Positions 52,445 through 64,000 of a DNA stretch of 64,000 bases are shown piece by piece; position 1 is the stretch's first letter, and every line of letters starts with the position of its first letter. Origin of the DNA: Microbotryum violaceum (taxonomy: Eukaryota); assembly GCA_001244265.2 (NCBI GenBank), contig LN717261.1, positions 3,115,591-3,179,590 on the forward strand, written 5' to 3'. A program made the translations under genes and the position numbers. The notes beneath the pieces were generated by a model that was given only the letters and a program-made list of their open reading frames with translations, searched no databases and was not told the DNA's origin.

Positions 52445-55138
52445 TCTTTACCCTAACTAGTTACCCTAACTAGTTACCCTAACTAGTAAAAAAAAAGTGT
52501 GAGTTAAGGAATGTACCTAAAATCGCTGTTTTTAACTAGGTTGCGGCCTAGAGGGCCGCCTGTGGTGGGTCTACCAGCATACTGTTGTGTCTGCTGCACC
52601 TGCCTGTGGTGTCGGGGTTCCGATCAGAAGTCATGTACAAGCGCTGTGGTGACTTTTGTATTTTCCGCGCCGTTCCAACGAAGCTACAGCGCTCCCAGTA
52701 TTTTCCTTCTTTTTTTCGCTCACATAAAACAATGCTTCCACTCATATTGCATTTAATGAACCGCAAGGGCGTGGCTTTGCATGATATTGCTTCTACAGCA
52801 GAGCTCTGCCTGACGTGCGAGGCGAGGGCTGGCGTTTGTCACGTGATGCGGTGCGCCGGCGGTGGAGTGTCATTCCGGCATTCGACCAGCGGCATTAGGG
52901 GCTGAACAACAAATCAAACCACGTAAATAATCCTGCGCCACTCCCTCGAACCTTTCCTTTCTCCCTCCCACTCTCATCCAATTTTAGTGACACTCATTCA
53001 AGAACAAACCTTCGCTACTATGCCCCGGTCCCAAGGTCGCCAGGGAGGGCCATCGCAACCTCGCCAAGTCTTGGGCGCGAGGATAGCGGCGTACCATGGG
53101 CTACCATGGGCCAGCTCGAGCGCCCGCTGCTGGGCGCCCCGCGGCTCGACCCTCCTCTTCGTCCCGCTCCGATCAACAGAATCAGCCCCCCGGCGCGTCA
53201 TGACAACAATTCAACCGATCTTGGCATTGCGACACGTATACGAGCCCGCCGTGCAGCTGTGCAGAACGGACAGCGTGGTCAGCGCGATGGCCAACTCGAC
53301 GCTGGGCTCGCCCCACCACCACCTCCTCCGCAAAGGCGAGTGCGCCGGGCTCGAATCGCGCTGAAACCCCTCAAGCCCACGTTTCGATCCGCGACGACCT
53401 CGGCCCCCAGACGGCCGTGTGCACCCACTGCAAGGCTCGGCACTGGGAGTGCGAAAGGTCCAAGTCGACCAGACACTTCAGCGCGTGCTGCTCGCAAGGC
53501 AAGGTGCGGCTACCTCGCCCTCCCCAGCCCAATCTCGAGTATCGGCAGCTTCTTCAAGGCTCGGATAGCGGTCAGTTGCTCCGTCCAACAACGTTCGTCT
53601 GCAGTAGACCCACATGCTGAACTGTTCTACCCACCCACACAGAAGCTAAAGCATTCCGCGAGAATGCCCGGTCGTACAACAACGCGTTGTCGTTCACTTC
53701 GCTCGCTGCCCTCTGGGACCAAACTCAAGTGGGCACGCTAGGACCCCCGTGTTTCGCGTGTTTGGCCGCCTCTATCATCGACTCGGTGCCCTGATCCCTG
53801 CCGTGAATCAACGCCCAGCCTTTGCCCAGACATGGCTGATCGACCCGGCCGAGGCCACCGACACACGACTTCAAGGACCCGACAGCGCAGACAGTCACAT
53901 GCAACGATCTACTTTGACCAAGCTCGAGTCCATGTTGCGCACCGGCAATCGCTTTGTGAGTGAGTTCGCATCGGCCAAAGCCCGCGCGGGTTGGGATACG
54001 GCCAAAGAGTGGGTCCTGCGCCTCTGCCTACCACCAGGCCGAGACCGACGCACCCACAACCTTCCTACGTCGAGCACGGAAATGGCGATGCTTATCTGCG
54101 ATTCCGACACCAACACGGGAGATCGTGGACGTCAAGACCTTATTCTCCAGGTGCACGGTGATCGATGTCCCGAGGGTCGGCCCAAGTACCAAGTCGTTAG
54201 CTCGCTCCATCCGTCTGCGATGCCTCTCCGTTACCCACTACTTTTTCCTGCAGGGGAAGATGGCTTCCACCCCAACATTCCTCTTTGCGGGGTTCCACCA
54301 AGCCAGGCCGCCAATTGCCAGAAACTGAGAGCAGATCGACAATGGTTTCCAGTTGCGCGAGGTACTTGCCGGTCTCGGTCTGGATGACGAAGACGAACAG
54401 GAGGACGAAGACCGCGACAATGAGGATGAAGACGGCGAGGAAGGGGACGAAGAGGATGGTGATGGCGAACGTACGCGTCTTCGGCTCTTTCTCTGATGTT
54501 CCATTCTGTCTAAGGCGCAAGCACAGACTGACATTGAACTTTTGAACACCTAGGACAAAGGTCCAGTAAAGGGGTCGAGGTGGCGAGTCTCGCGTTCACC
54601 ATTCTTTGCGCACTACTTGCCAAAGGCGACGAGTACTTCTCAATCCCGCATTGCACCCACGGTCCCTTCCTGGAGTCTGTGATTTATGGATATACTCCAA
54701 GTCGAGACCGATCGACTCTACACATCCGGTTGCATCAAGAGAACCTACGCCTCACCACGACCCAAGGCATCAACGGCTTGACCCCGAACCAAATCGCGAC
54801 ATCACGCAGCGATACCAGGATGCGATGGCGTGCGTTGTCAAAGATGGGAAGCCTTCGCTGCCCATCAAGATGACGTACGACCCCGACTCACCGGAAACCA
54901 AGGCTGCACTGGGGCCGATAGCGCATGCAACCGTCCGGATCTCATCGCACGAGTGTTTGAAGCCAACTCCGGCAACAAGCGACACGCAGGCTGTTTCGGC
55001 GATGAATGTAAGATGAATAGATTTTGTTTCTTTGCTGTACTTTCGTGTTTAACCTCTGCGCTAATGTCATGTAGACTGTTCGATTATCCTGCTATTTTTT
55101 GAATTTCATCCTCCGTTAATTTAACGGGTTCCCACTGG
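52445..55138 (+). mobile_element. Non-autonomous Helitron family B, copy 3
   Basis: Starts TCTTTAC directly after the CTAG of Helitron A; ends CCGTTAATTTAACGG..CCCACTGG|T; the ORF track shows peptides identical to copy 1 over ~53300-53690. Confidence 0.85.
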
Positions 55139-56183
55139 TTTTTGAAAAAGAAAGACGGGACCGACGGGCGCGGGTGGTCGAGCGCGCGCCCACAGCTATC
55201 GGGAACGTCGCCCGCCAGTTTGAGGCCAATTCCAGGCCGCGCTAAAATCGGGGAGGTCTCCCAGGCTGGATTTCAATGATTATCATTCTCAGTCTGCCCA
55301 AAGTCATACCCAACATGGCGTCGTAATCGAGTCATCGTCATCGACCCAAGCGATCATCGATCAAAAACCCAACATTACATCTTCCAACGTCTTGAACCCA
55401 TTCGACGGGCCGGCGTACCCACTTCTCCCTTACTCCAAGCAAGCCCGTCAACGCTTCACTCCTGACTCTTTGCCGCCCCCCACCCCCACTCGATACGAAA
55501 ACCGGCCCAGATCGACGAATCGAGTCGCCGTGAATACTCGGCCCTCGGACCGCTGTCGGCGCCTGGGGAGCAAAAGATTTCATATTCCTCTCGGATTCAT
55601 GTTCAACACCTCTGTGAGGCATTGCACAGCTATGCACCTTCGTGCACGCTCGGATCAAATAGGTCTCCCTCGATCTTTGTTGCGGACGTCCCATCGCCGA
55701 GTGCGCGTCCAATCGAAGTGGAGAAGAAGCAGCTAAGGGCGAGGACCACGATCCACAAGGAATGATCGGCGGGCCAATATGCGGTATGAAGAGTCGGCGA
55801 CAGAGTGAGCTATTTGTGGAGAAACGGCAGTGATATGCAACTTGGGCGGGCAGTGAATTGAAGGGCATGTGAGGCGCAGGCTCGAGCGCGGGACACTCAA
55901 GCGCAGCACCACCGTGGATGACAGTGCAGGACCGTGCCAAACCCGGGGCGCGGTTGGGGCCCGAGAAGCCTCCCGTACGGCAACTCACCCGTGTCGAGCG
56001 ATCGTCCTTTTTCGAGCAGGAACGTGCCTAGACCGCAGCCGAACTCGAGTCGAGTAGAGTCGAGCGGCGCAAAAGTCCTCGGAATTAGCTAAGGCTCGCT
56101 TCATACAATTTACGCCAACGATATATCAATGCACAAGCAACACATTCGTTTATTCTTTTGACTGGTCCCAAATTTATCGCTCT

Positions 56184-56550
56184 CTAGTGCAAGTCCTCCC
56201 CTCCAAGGACCTTCAACTCGTCATCCCTCAAACTCTTCGCCAACTCCGTCCCTCCCGGAATCCCACTCATCTTCCTCTCGTCATCCTCGACCTTCCTCCC
56301 CACCTTGACCGTTCTCTTCTTCACCACCTCTTCTACTCCCTCACTCTCACCGCCACTGTCCTCATCCTTGACCTTTTTCCCCCTCCTCGCTTTCCTCTTT
56401 GGCCTCACACTCGTGCTCTCCACCGTTTCCCAATCCATCCCCTCCTCGACCTTGGTCTCCACCACCTCATTCTCACTCTCCACTTTCAAAACCACATCCT
56501 CGTCCCCTCCCTCCCACATCTTCCCCTTCTTCCCCCTGCTCCCAACCAAC
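56184..56550 (-). pseudogene. 3' stub of an unidentified, probably host, gene cut off by the Copia LTR
   Basis: Open frame from the LTR edge to the stop (charged tail ending LRDDELKVLGGEDLH*), with AATAAA about 30 bp downstream on the minus strand. Confidence 0.45.
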
Positions 56551-56717
56551 TGTTGAAGTAAATTACTCTTGCCTTAAATCCGCACTACGCGCGTCTCCAC
56601 TTTATATTAGTCGCGCGCGCGATTCGCGTCTTTGTCTCCTCTTCTTCACTTGATTACGAACTCATTGGCTCGTCCCTGCCGCCAACTCGTTCAGCACATC
56701 GCTGTTCAGTTTCAATA
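56551..56717 (+). repeat. Copia 5' LTR (167 bp), followed by PBS GGTTACGAGCCC (56718-56729)
   Basis: TGTTGAA..TTCAATA inverted termini; the PBS resembles the GGTTATGxGCCC type of copia and fungal Copia elements; gag ATG at 56764. Confidence 0.8.
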
Positions 56718-56763
56718 GGTTACGAGCCCAACCGAGCGGCCAGCCAATTCGAGTCATCAAGAC

Positions 56764-59525
56764 ATGAGCACTCCTCTCATGGTCACAGGGGGAACAACCC
56801 CTATCGTCCTCGTCAAACCACGCGATGTTGACCCATCATGCCATCTGCGAAACGCTGGGGGCTGGTCGCAATGGATCGACGACGTGCGAGGCGCCCTTGG
56901 CGGCGACTATTGGAACTGCACCCTCGCGACGCCCGTCCAATCACCCAACACGCGCACGGATCTCGATCACGCCAATTTCCAAGCGGTCGCGCTGCTGATG
57001 CGTTCTGTCTCACCGGACATCCGAAAACACATAAAGGATGGTTACGACCACACTCCTGCGGAAGTCTTACAGATGATCAAGAAGGCGGTCGGTACCGGCA
57101 TGGTGGCTGACATTCTCATCCGTCTCCAAGCGTTGCTCGACGTGGGACCCCCTCCCACCGGCATGGACGCCTTCGCAAAGTACCAAGCGACAACCATTGA
57201 GCTATTTAACACGCTCTCGGGACACAAGCTTACTTTCGAACAGATTGTGTTGTTCCGCCTTGTCCACTTTGGCAAGGATCTGTACCGTGAATACTACACG
57301 CAAACACTTCGGCAAGGATTGGATAGGCTACCGAGCCCGACGGAGGTCCTCCAGTCGCTCCACACGCAGGCGGATCAGACGCCAGCTCCCAAACCCGTCG
57401 CCATGGTGGCAAGCCCGATTGCGACAGCGGACAAGTCTACCGCGCCTCCTTTCACCCCGTGCCACCACTGCGGAGGTCCGCACTGGAATCGCAAGTGCCC
57501 GGACAACAAGGCTGGGTCCAAGGGGAAGAAGACGAAGGCTCCTTCAGCGCCTTCCGCCTCGCTCGTCACTGCGCCTGATATCTCGACGCTGGTTGACGGT
57601 TCTGTGCTTGGCTACCTCACAGCCACGATGTCCACCTTGGCCAGGCCCTCCATCATCCTGGACAGCGGGGCGACGCACCACATCGTCAATGATCGCGCAT
57701 GTTTCACATCCTTCCGCAAGTGCAAGCCAGCTCCGCTCGAAGGCATCACTGGTGAAGTTGTCAACTCCATCAAAGGCGTCGGCTCCGCAATCGTTCGTTC
57801 CTTCGACGGCAGCATCGGCCAACTCAACGACGCCTTGTTCGTGCCCACCGCTCCGGTCAACCTGTTCTCCGCCAGTCGTGCCGACATCGGGGGTTACGAC
57901 ATCCGTCTGACTCGGGCCAAGGCATCGGTCTCCATCGCCGACACGGTGTGTCACACTGGCGAGCTCAAGAACGGACTTTACCACATGCAGGCCTCGCTCG
58001 TCAACGTCGCTGCTCTCGTTCATCAAGCGGGTGCGTTCCCGCGTGCGCTCGTGGCCGCTCCCATGTCGGTCTTGCACGGACGCTTCGCTCACCTCCACCC
58101 ACGCGCCCTCCGACAGTTGATTTCGACTGAAGCCGTGTCGGGAGTCAGCATGGAGGTAGATTCAAACGAGGATTTGAAATGTGACACTTGCCAAGCTGGC
58201 AAAATTACGCATCACCCGTTCCCTGCCGTCGCATCGAATTGCTCTGCTCAGCCGCTCGAACGAGTCCACATGGACCTCCTCGCGTTTGACGGTGCCGTGT
58301 CATTAGGGGGTGCAAGATACGCTCTCGTCATCGTGGACGACCATTCTCGGTATTTGTGGGCGATTCCAATGTCACACAAGTCCGACACCTTTGCGGCCTT
58401 CAAATCCTGGCTCGCAAAGGTGGAGCGCTCCACGTCACGCAAAGTCCTTGCTGTCCGCTCGGATAATGGGGGCGAATTCATGTCGAATGAGTTCTCCAGA
58501 TTCCTGGAGGAGCAAGGCATTACTCGTCAGCTCTCTATCCCTGACACGCCTCAACAGAATGGAGTCGCCAAACGTGCAAATCGTTTGATCACCGAGCGTG
58601 TCCGCTCAATGCTCCACCAGTCGGGCCTACCTCACGCTTTGTGGGCCGAGGCATTGGCAATGTATGTTTACGTCAAAAATCGCTCGCCGCACTCTGCAAA
58701 CTCGGGCACCACGCCTCACACATGTTGGTACGGTTCCAAACCTTCAGCTGGCCATCTACGCGTGTTCGGCTGTCGAGCGTGGAAGGCCGCTACCACCGAG
58801 CCGCGCAGCGAGCTCGATCCGTGAGGCATCCCACTCGTCTTCGTCGGCTACGACCTCGAGTCCAAGGGGTACAGACTGCTGGACCCCAACACGAGACAGG
58901 TCTTCAAGTCCCGCAGCGTCACATTCTTTGAGGATGACTTCCCTGCTCGAGCAACGGGTATCCGAGCGCCCCCACTTCCGGCCGCGGGGGACGACGACAG
59001 CAGGGTCGTCATTATTCCCCCTGAGCATGTCGCCCCCGAGCACGTTAACCCACCGGCTGCCTTGCGTTTCGACGCCCCTGGCCCGGCCTGGCAGCCACCC
59101 GCAGGCCCACGTGCGCGCAATCCGCCGGCTCGGTACGGAACCCTCGCATCCTTGCGCACGATGCCTTCTGCCTTTGTGTTCTCACTCGGCAACGAGGTTG
59201 TTGCGCTGGTTGCCAATCTCGCGGAGGCCGGCATTGATGTCTCGAAGGCGGACCGTCCTCTCTCCGAGCCCAAAGATCCTTTCACGCTTCCCACCAGCGA
59301 TCCCAGTACTTGGAAGGAAGCCATACGCCACCCTCATGCGGAAGGTTGGAAAGCTGGTGCCATCGAGGAGTTCCGCTCAATGAAGGACGACGGGCCACGT
59401 TGTCCAGATGGCGGGCTGCGCAATCATTTGGTCGGCCCGACGGCAAACTGGCGTGGCTCATTTGTCTGTCAAAGCTGAATATGTCGCCCTTTTGTGCAGA
59501 GAAGTCATGTGGCTGCGCTCACTGT
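56764..59525 (+). mobile_element. Ty1/Copia gag-pol, truncated (RT deleted)
   Basis: CHHCGGPHWNRKC knuckle, ILDSGATHH protease, GLY..HGRFAH..CDTC, integrase VHMDL/RSDNGGEF/QQNGVA; TGA at 58822 in LDP*GIPLVFVGY; breaks at AIEEFRSMK and resumes with an RNase H scrap (AEYVAL..EVMWLRSLL). No 3' LTR. Confidence 0.92.
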
Positions 59526-60251
59526 TGGTGCACAAAACAAAAGTGATCCTGGATTGCGCAGCCAGTTCGGTCGCACCAGGGTATATCAATATAGAAACAA
59601 TTAGGGGAGGAACGCCAACCGGCTCAGACCATAAGCCGATATTAGTTTGCATCGCCTTCGAAGGATGTAAACCACCGGCTGCCCAGGTGAACGATGCAGG
59701 CCCTAAGCGTGTCCGACTGGCGAGGAAAGGAGATGCGACTAAACCCATCTTCAGAGCCACAATCTCCAGCAGCCTTCGGACAAATGACATCCTTCAACCA
59801 TACCTATCCCCAAACAGAAAGGAAATTTAATCCACAGAGGAATGGGACAGCATGTACAACAGTGGAGACTTCCGGCCGGGGAACGAACGACGGTCAGAGT
59901 CGGCAGGCTCAATGTAGCCAACAGGAGAACGACATCATGGCAAATGTGGAAGCGCAGATCAGAGCACAGGGACTCGACCCGACACAAAAGATCCGGCAGA
60001 GCGTATGGGCAACGGATGGCTTGGTCATAAATTGGGGTACCTGTTGGACATCCATGGCAGCAGCAGTGGTGGGCTCAGTGGACCTTAGGTTACTTCTCCC
60101 GTATTGTGCAACAATTCAGCAAGCGGAAGTTACCGCACTCATTGTGGCGGTGATTGCTGCGCAATACATGATGTCAGATGGGGCACCAATCACTATCATG
60201 ACGGACCATCTGGGAACGGTGCACTTCATCAAGGAGTGGCAGGTGCACCCA

Positions 60252-60393
60252 CATCAGCAACTTTGCCACTTGCGCTTGGTGCAATTTGGCGCACCGGAGA
60301 TTATAGAAAACGAGCTAAATGTCACTAAAAGTGCGCTTTTGGCATTAAAATGCGCTAAAGGGCACTAAAGCGCGAGTGGCAAAGTTGCTGATG
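60252..60393. mobile_element. 142-bp MITE with 2-bp TSD (CA)
   Basis: TIR CATCAGCAACTTTGCCACT(T/C)GCGCTT, 25/26 match; removing the element plus one CA restores ..VHPEREILRKIP.. in the LINE RNase H. Confidence 0.85.
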
Positions 60394-61097
60394 CAGAGCG
60401 GGAGATATTGAGGAAAATACCCAGTCTCCCGTATCACTCATGGCTCCGAAGGTTGGTGTTGGCCACATCAATGCTTACTGTACACCATGTGAAAGCCCAC
60501 ACGACGGGACAGGATGAATGGTCAATACTGAACCAAAGGGCCAACGCAGAAGCGAATTGTGCCCACAAGGATATGCATTTTGTGCTTTGACCACCAACAC
60601 ATGGACTTTCAAGCTGGGTCATGAAGGACAATACCAAATGGATCGAAAACAATATTGGAGAGATAGTGGAGAAAAGGCTGACACAGGTTCAATTTGGAAA
60701 ATCAGCCGACACAACATGGAAGAAAATTCGCCTATTACAGTTAACAGGGATAAAACCAGCAATTTACCCCTACAAAAAAGCGAGATCGTCGTATGCTGCA
60801 CTGGTGCAATGGCAACTTTGAAGCTCATCACTGCCACTAGCAACAAGAATAAAGCGGCGCAGAAGTGAAGAGCAGCAAAATCGGACTGATCCCTCTTGCC
60901 CACGGTGTACCAGCGCAACGGGATCGGAGTTCAAAACGGAGGAGCACATTTTTCTCAGATGCCCAAAATCGGTGAGAATCCGAGTACAACTCCAATCAGA
61001 CCTGAAAAACGCAACCATAGGTTTTATCAAGGCTACAGCCGACAATGTGGGCGAAGGGAATGGGAGATATTGGTCCGATTCGCACAAGATTTGGTAT

Positions 61098-61324
61098 TAC
61101 AACACGGATGGTGGTATTCTAGAATCTTGGTGTCTGATTCAAGGCGGTTCAGTACGTTAGAACACTCAGTTCACTATTGCAATGATACCGTGAGTACTAC
61201 TGACCTGATTCGAGGGGGTTCAATATGTTAGAACGCTTGAATCAGAAGGAAGCTAAGAGAAAGCCCGCGCGCGCTCGCGCTCATGTAGCCTGCAGAGTGT
61301 ACTCCTCTAGTGTCTAACTCAACA
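61098..61324. mobile_element. Probable solo LTR in the LINE C-terminus
   Basis: GGTAT direct repeats flank 227 bp ending CTCAACA; removal gives an open frame IWYGVSFTP..WHH..RIWG. The left terminus is TA rather than TG. Confidence 0.5.
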
Positions 61325-62586
61325 GGTATGGTGTGAGCTTTACTCCGGTACCGACGTTAGCAATGGAGGCGATTCCAGAACGCCTGAGGGCGAAATTACT
61401 GCAGACATGGCATCACAAACTGATTAAAGGGACAGCAAGGATATGGGGTGATCACCAGAAGGCAGGGGCGGAAAACCGTAGGAGAAGATAGTGAGAGTCA
61501 AGGAAGAAGGGATGGATAGGGTGCAGCTCAATGGAGCAGTGTAGGTTGCAGTATTGAACAGGGTAAGGGGAGCGGTTGGAAGTCGTAGGTTAGGTCAGAG
61601 GCGATAGCCCAGTTAATGTGGTCCAGCGCCCAATAAGGGTCGTCTCATTGTAAACTAGCTGGAATTCAAATTCTCATTCTCATTCCAGCACTGGCTCGCC
61701 CCCTGTAACTCCATCTTTCTAAGCTGACTTACTTGGCTACCTTGCTACGCAGACAATCCTCATCACCCAATGTGCCAGCGTTCCGGGTTGATCATCTCGT
61801 TCGTACGCGACGCGCTTTCCAAGCAAAGGTATGCCAAGTCTTCTCAGTCATTTGCAGTAATCCTAGATACTGATAGGAACCGCGCTTTCCAAGCAAAGCC
61901 ATTACATTTTCTGAGCTCCTCCCGCCCACAAAACAAAACAAACTTCCTTGTTGGTTTCCCTTTCTTTTTTTTGTTTTTTTTGTTTTCTTTTATCTTCTTG
62001 GTTACATCTCTGGCTCGTCCTGGTAGCACATCACCCCATGCCGTTTGTTACACGATGCTGGGTTCAGCCCAAACCTGCAACTTGACTGGCTGAAAGGCAC
62101 GAGATTGCTCTCGAGCCCCACTGGTTCCGAGTCCAAACTAAAAGGATCAAATGGTGTAATTCGCAGGCGAAGAAAGACTACTAAATGGACTAAGGTCAAG
62201 AGACGCGGTGGCGCCGCGCGCAAGGGCAAGCGTGAGGCCGCAGAGGTTGGCTCGAGGTCGTCGTGAGGTGTAAGCGGAGCGGCGCCTTACACTGGCTTTC
62301 ACCCGCTAGCTTGGCTCCGCTCGCGCGCTCTACGAAGGAGTCGACTTTCTAATGACTGCACACACCCGTGTCAGCCCAATCATCAGACACTGGAGCACGT
62401 AAAGGCAAACATATACATTACTACTTACATCCTGGGTGTGATCAACTGGTGTTGGATGGAAACCACCTGCGGCTTCGCCGTTAGTAGGTTTGGCGTCTTG
62501 AATGTGATCGCTGTCCGGGCCGGTGAGGGTGAGAAAGGGGAAGGAGTCAGGTCGCTGTCTTTCTTTGCAACGGATTCAACTTACAT

Positions 62587-62686
62587 TGATTGTTTCCCAA
62601 TTTCCATGCCGTTGCCCCATGTTCAGAAAAAGAAGGATTGCTTCCCAATTTCCATGCCGTTGCCCCATGTTCAGAAAAAGAAGGAT
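62587..62686. repeat. ~49-bp tandem duplication
   Basis: GATTG(T/C)TTCCCAATTTCCATGCCGTTGCCCCATGTTCAGAAAAAGAAG occurs twice in tandem. Confidence 0.9.
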
Positions 62687-62989
62687 CGCAACTTGTAAAT
62701 GCCCTGAGTTGCAACTTTGCCTCGGACTCGGACGCCACGCGTCACGAGCAAGTGCTCCGGCCGCTGCCTTTCCGGAGGCAAGCTTGTGCTCGAGACTGAA
62801 CACACAAAGTGTACCCTGAGTCAGCCTCTATAATCACATTCAGTAGTAGGTGTGCTAGCCCTCTAGGTCGTTCCGTCGATGGACCACGTGAATCAGTGAT
62901 TGCAGCACACCACTCCTCGAAATCCAAACATTCATAGCAAGAAAGGCCAAAACGAGGCGACCGTTTAGACCGGTGCTGTACGGTTCCGC

Positions 62990-63371
62990 ACCACCGCCCG
63001 AAGTTGGCAACCCCTACACCATGTGGCACCAGGTGCCAGAGTTGGGAACCGGGTATAATTTGAGCCCGAGGTTCCGAAACCGTGTCCGTAGTCCTGAACT
63101 TGGAGGCGAAGTTTCAAACTTGGGGCTCATGTTTTCAACTTGGGGCGCGAGGTTCCCAACTTGGGTCTGGGATTGAGAACTTTGCCTCGAGGTTTGGCAC
63201 TTGGGGCGAGGTTTTAGGACTTGAAAGATAAAGTCTGGGACTTGGGGCTTGGCCGAGGGACTTGGAGCGAAGGTCTAGAACTTGAGCTCGTAGGGATAAA
63301 CTTAAGTTACTAGTTCACGACTTTGCGGCGAAAATTTTCACTTCGGCTCAGGTTCTCAAACCGCAGCAGTG
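62990..63371. mobile_element. CACTA/CMC-like terminus with degenerate subterminal repeats
   Basis: About ten ACTTGGGGC..AGGTT units at ~20-bp spacing, ending GCAGCAGTG (reverse complement CACTGCTGC). No partner TIR found. Confidence 0.45.
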
Positions 63372-64000
63372 GGACTCGCACGGTCTTCTTCAAATCGAGA
63401 GAGGCATCGATCGCCTTGCACAGGAACTAGCAAACCCAGCCCACAACTATACCACGAGCGATAGTGCCATGAACTTGAGTGGACTCACCAACTTTGATCA
63501 TCATCAGAAACAGCTGTGCAAGGTCAAATCTTTGACTAGGTCTGGACTGGGTTTGGGACAGGAATGGGTTGGATCATGATAGCGTGTCAGTATAATATCG
63601 TGAACAAGGACAGAGATCGAGGAGGGTCAGTCCTTCGGGTGTTTCGAAGCAAGGAGCTCGAGCGTGACGAGAGGGGGTGCGAAGCTCCGACAGCGAGGTC
63701 GGTTCTACGAATCGGACTTGAACGTTCCACCATCCCAAGCCAATCCAGTGCTGTGAAGCAAGCCAAATCAGCAGGGCAGTATGCCACCACAAGCCCACTC
63801 ACACGGTGTCATCGATTAGAGAAGACCGTCACGGTAAGCAGGTGATGGTGCGACGCAATCAAGCACGATCCCAGGGCTCGCAAGGAACGTAAAAGCGCAC
63901 CAGTATTTTGATGGGTTGTACTCACCTTTGTTGGCGATGGCATGGGCGAGAAGGCTTATGATCTACATGAGATCAAGGTGATTGTTGATCAAGCTTAGCC

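Larger units (their letters stand above)
59530..61686 (+). mobile_element. Non-LTR retrotransposon (LINE) remnant: endonuclease end, RNase H, C-terminal Zn finger; RT absent
   Basis: GSDHKPI (APE C-terminus); WATDG..QQAEVTAL..MTDH..HVKAHT..NQRANAEA (RNase H); CPRC..TEEHIFLRC; WHH..RIWG; ATTCTC tail repeats near 61670-61686. Confidence 0.7.

Noticed and set aside
52448-52487. Interstitial telomere (CCCTAA)
   Set aside because: CCCTAA occurs once per 13-bp unit, not as a hexamer array.
63000-63350. CRISPR or satellite array
   Set aside because: Degenerate ~20-bp motifs without spacers; better read as transposon subterminal repeats.

Overview
Eukaryotic, intron-containing DNA from a basidiomycete fungus. 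The short GT-AG introns, KDZ/Helitron/Copia load and CpG-biased decay resemble Microbotryum/Pucciniomycotina, but that assignment is inference. Host genes: an apparently pseudogenised sucrose/alpha-glucoside (GPH/SUT) transporter, FOL3-like dihydrofolate synthetase, peptidyl-tRNA hydrolase, PRP16 and ARPC5, plus the 3' stub of an unidentified gene. The rest is a deeply nested transposon landscape, and several element boundaries can be resolved to the base. A PIF/Harbinger element (TAA TSD) contains a bounded KDZ element with 268-bp TIRs, which contains a member of a TIR family I cannot classify (AGGACCCC termini, 8-bp TSD). Two more copies of that family show TSD evidence of an inversion between them. 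Also present: one full-length decayed Helitron, three internally deleted Helitrons of a second family, two ~107-bp mini-Helitrons back to back, MULE derivatives, a truncated Copia, a LINE remnant with a MITE and a probable solo LTR inside, and CACTA-like ends. All calls come from reading the sequence by eye; no database searches were run.
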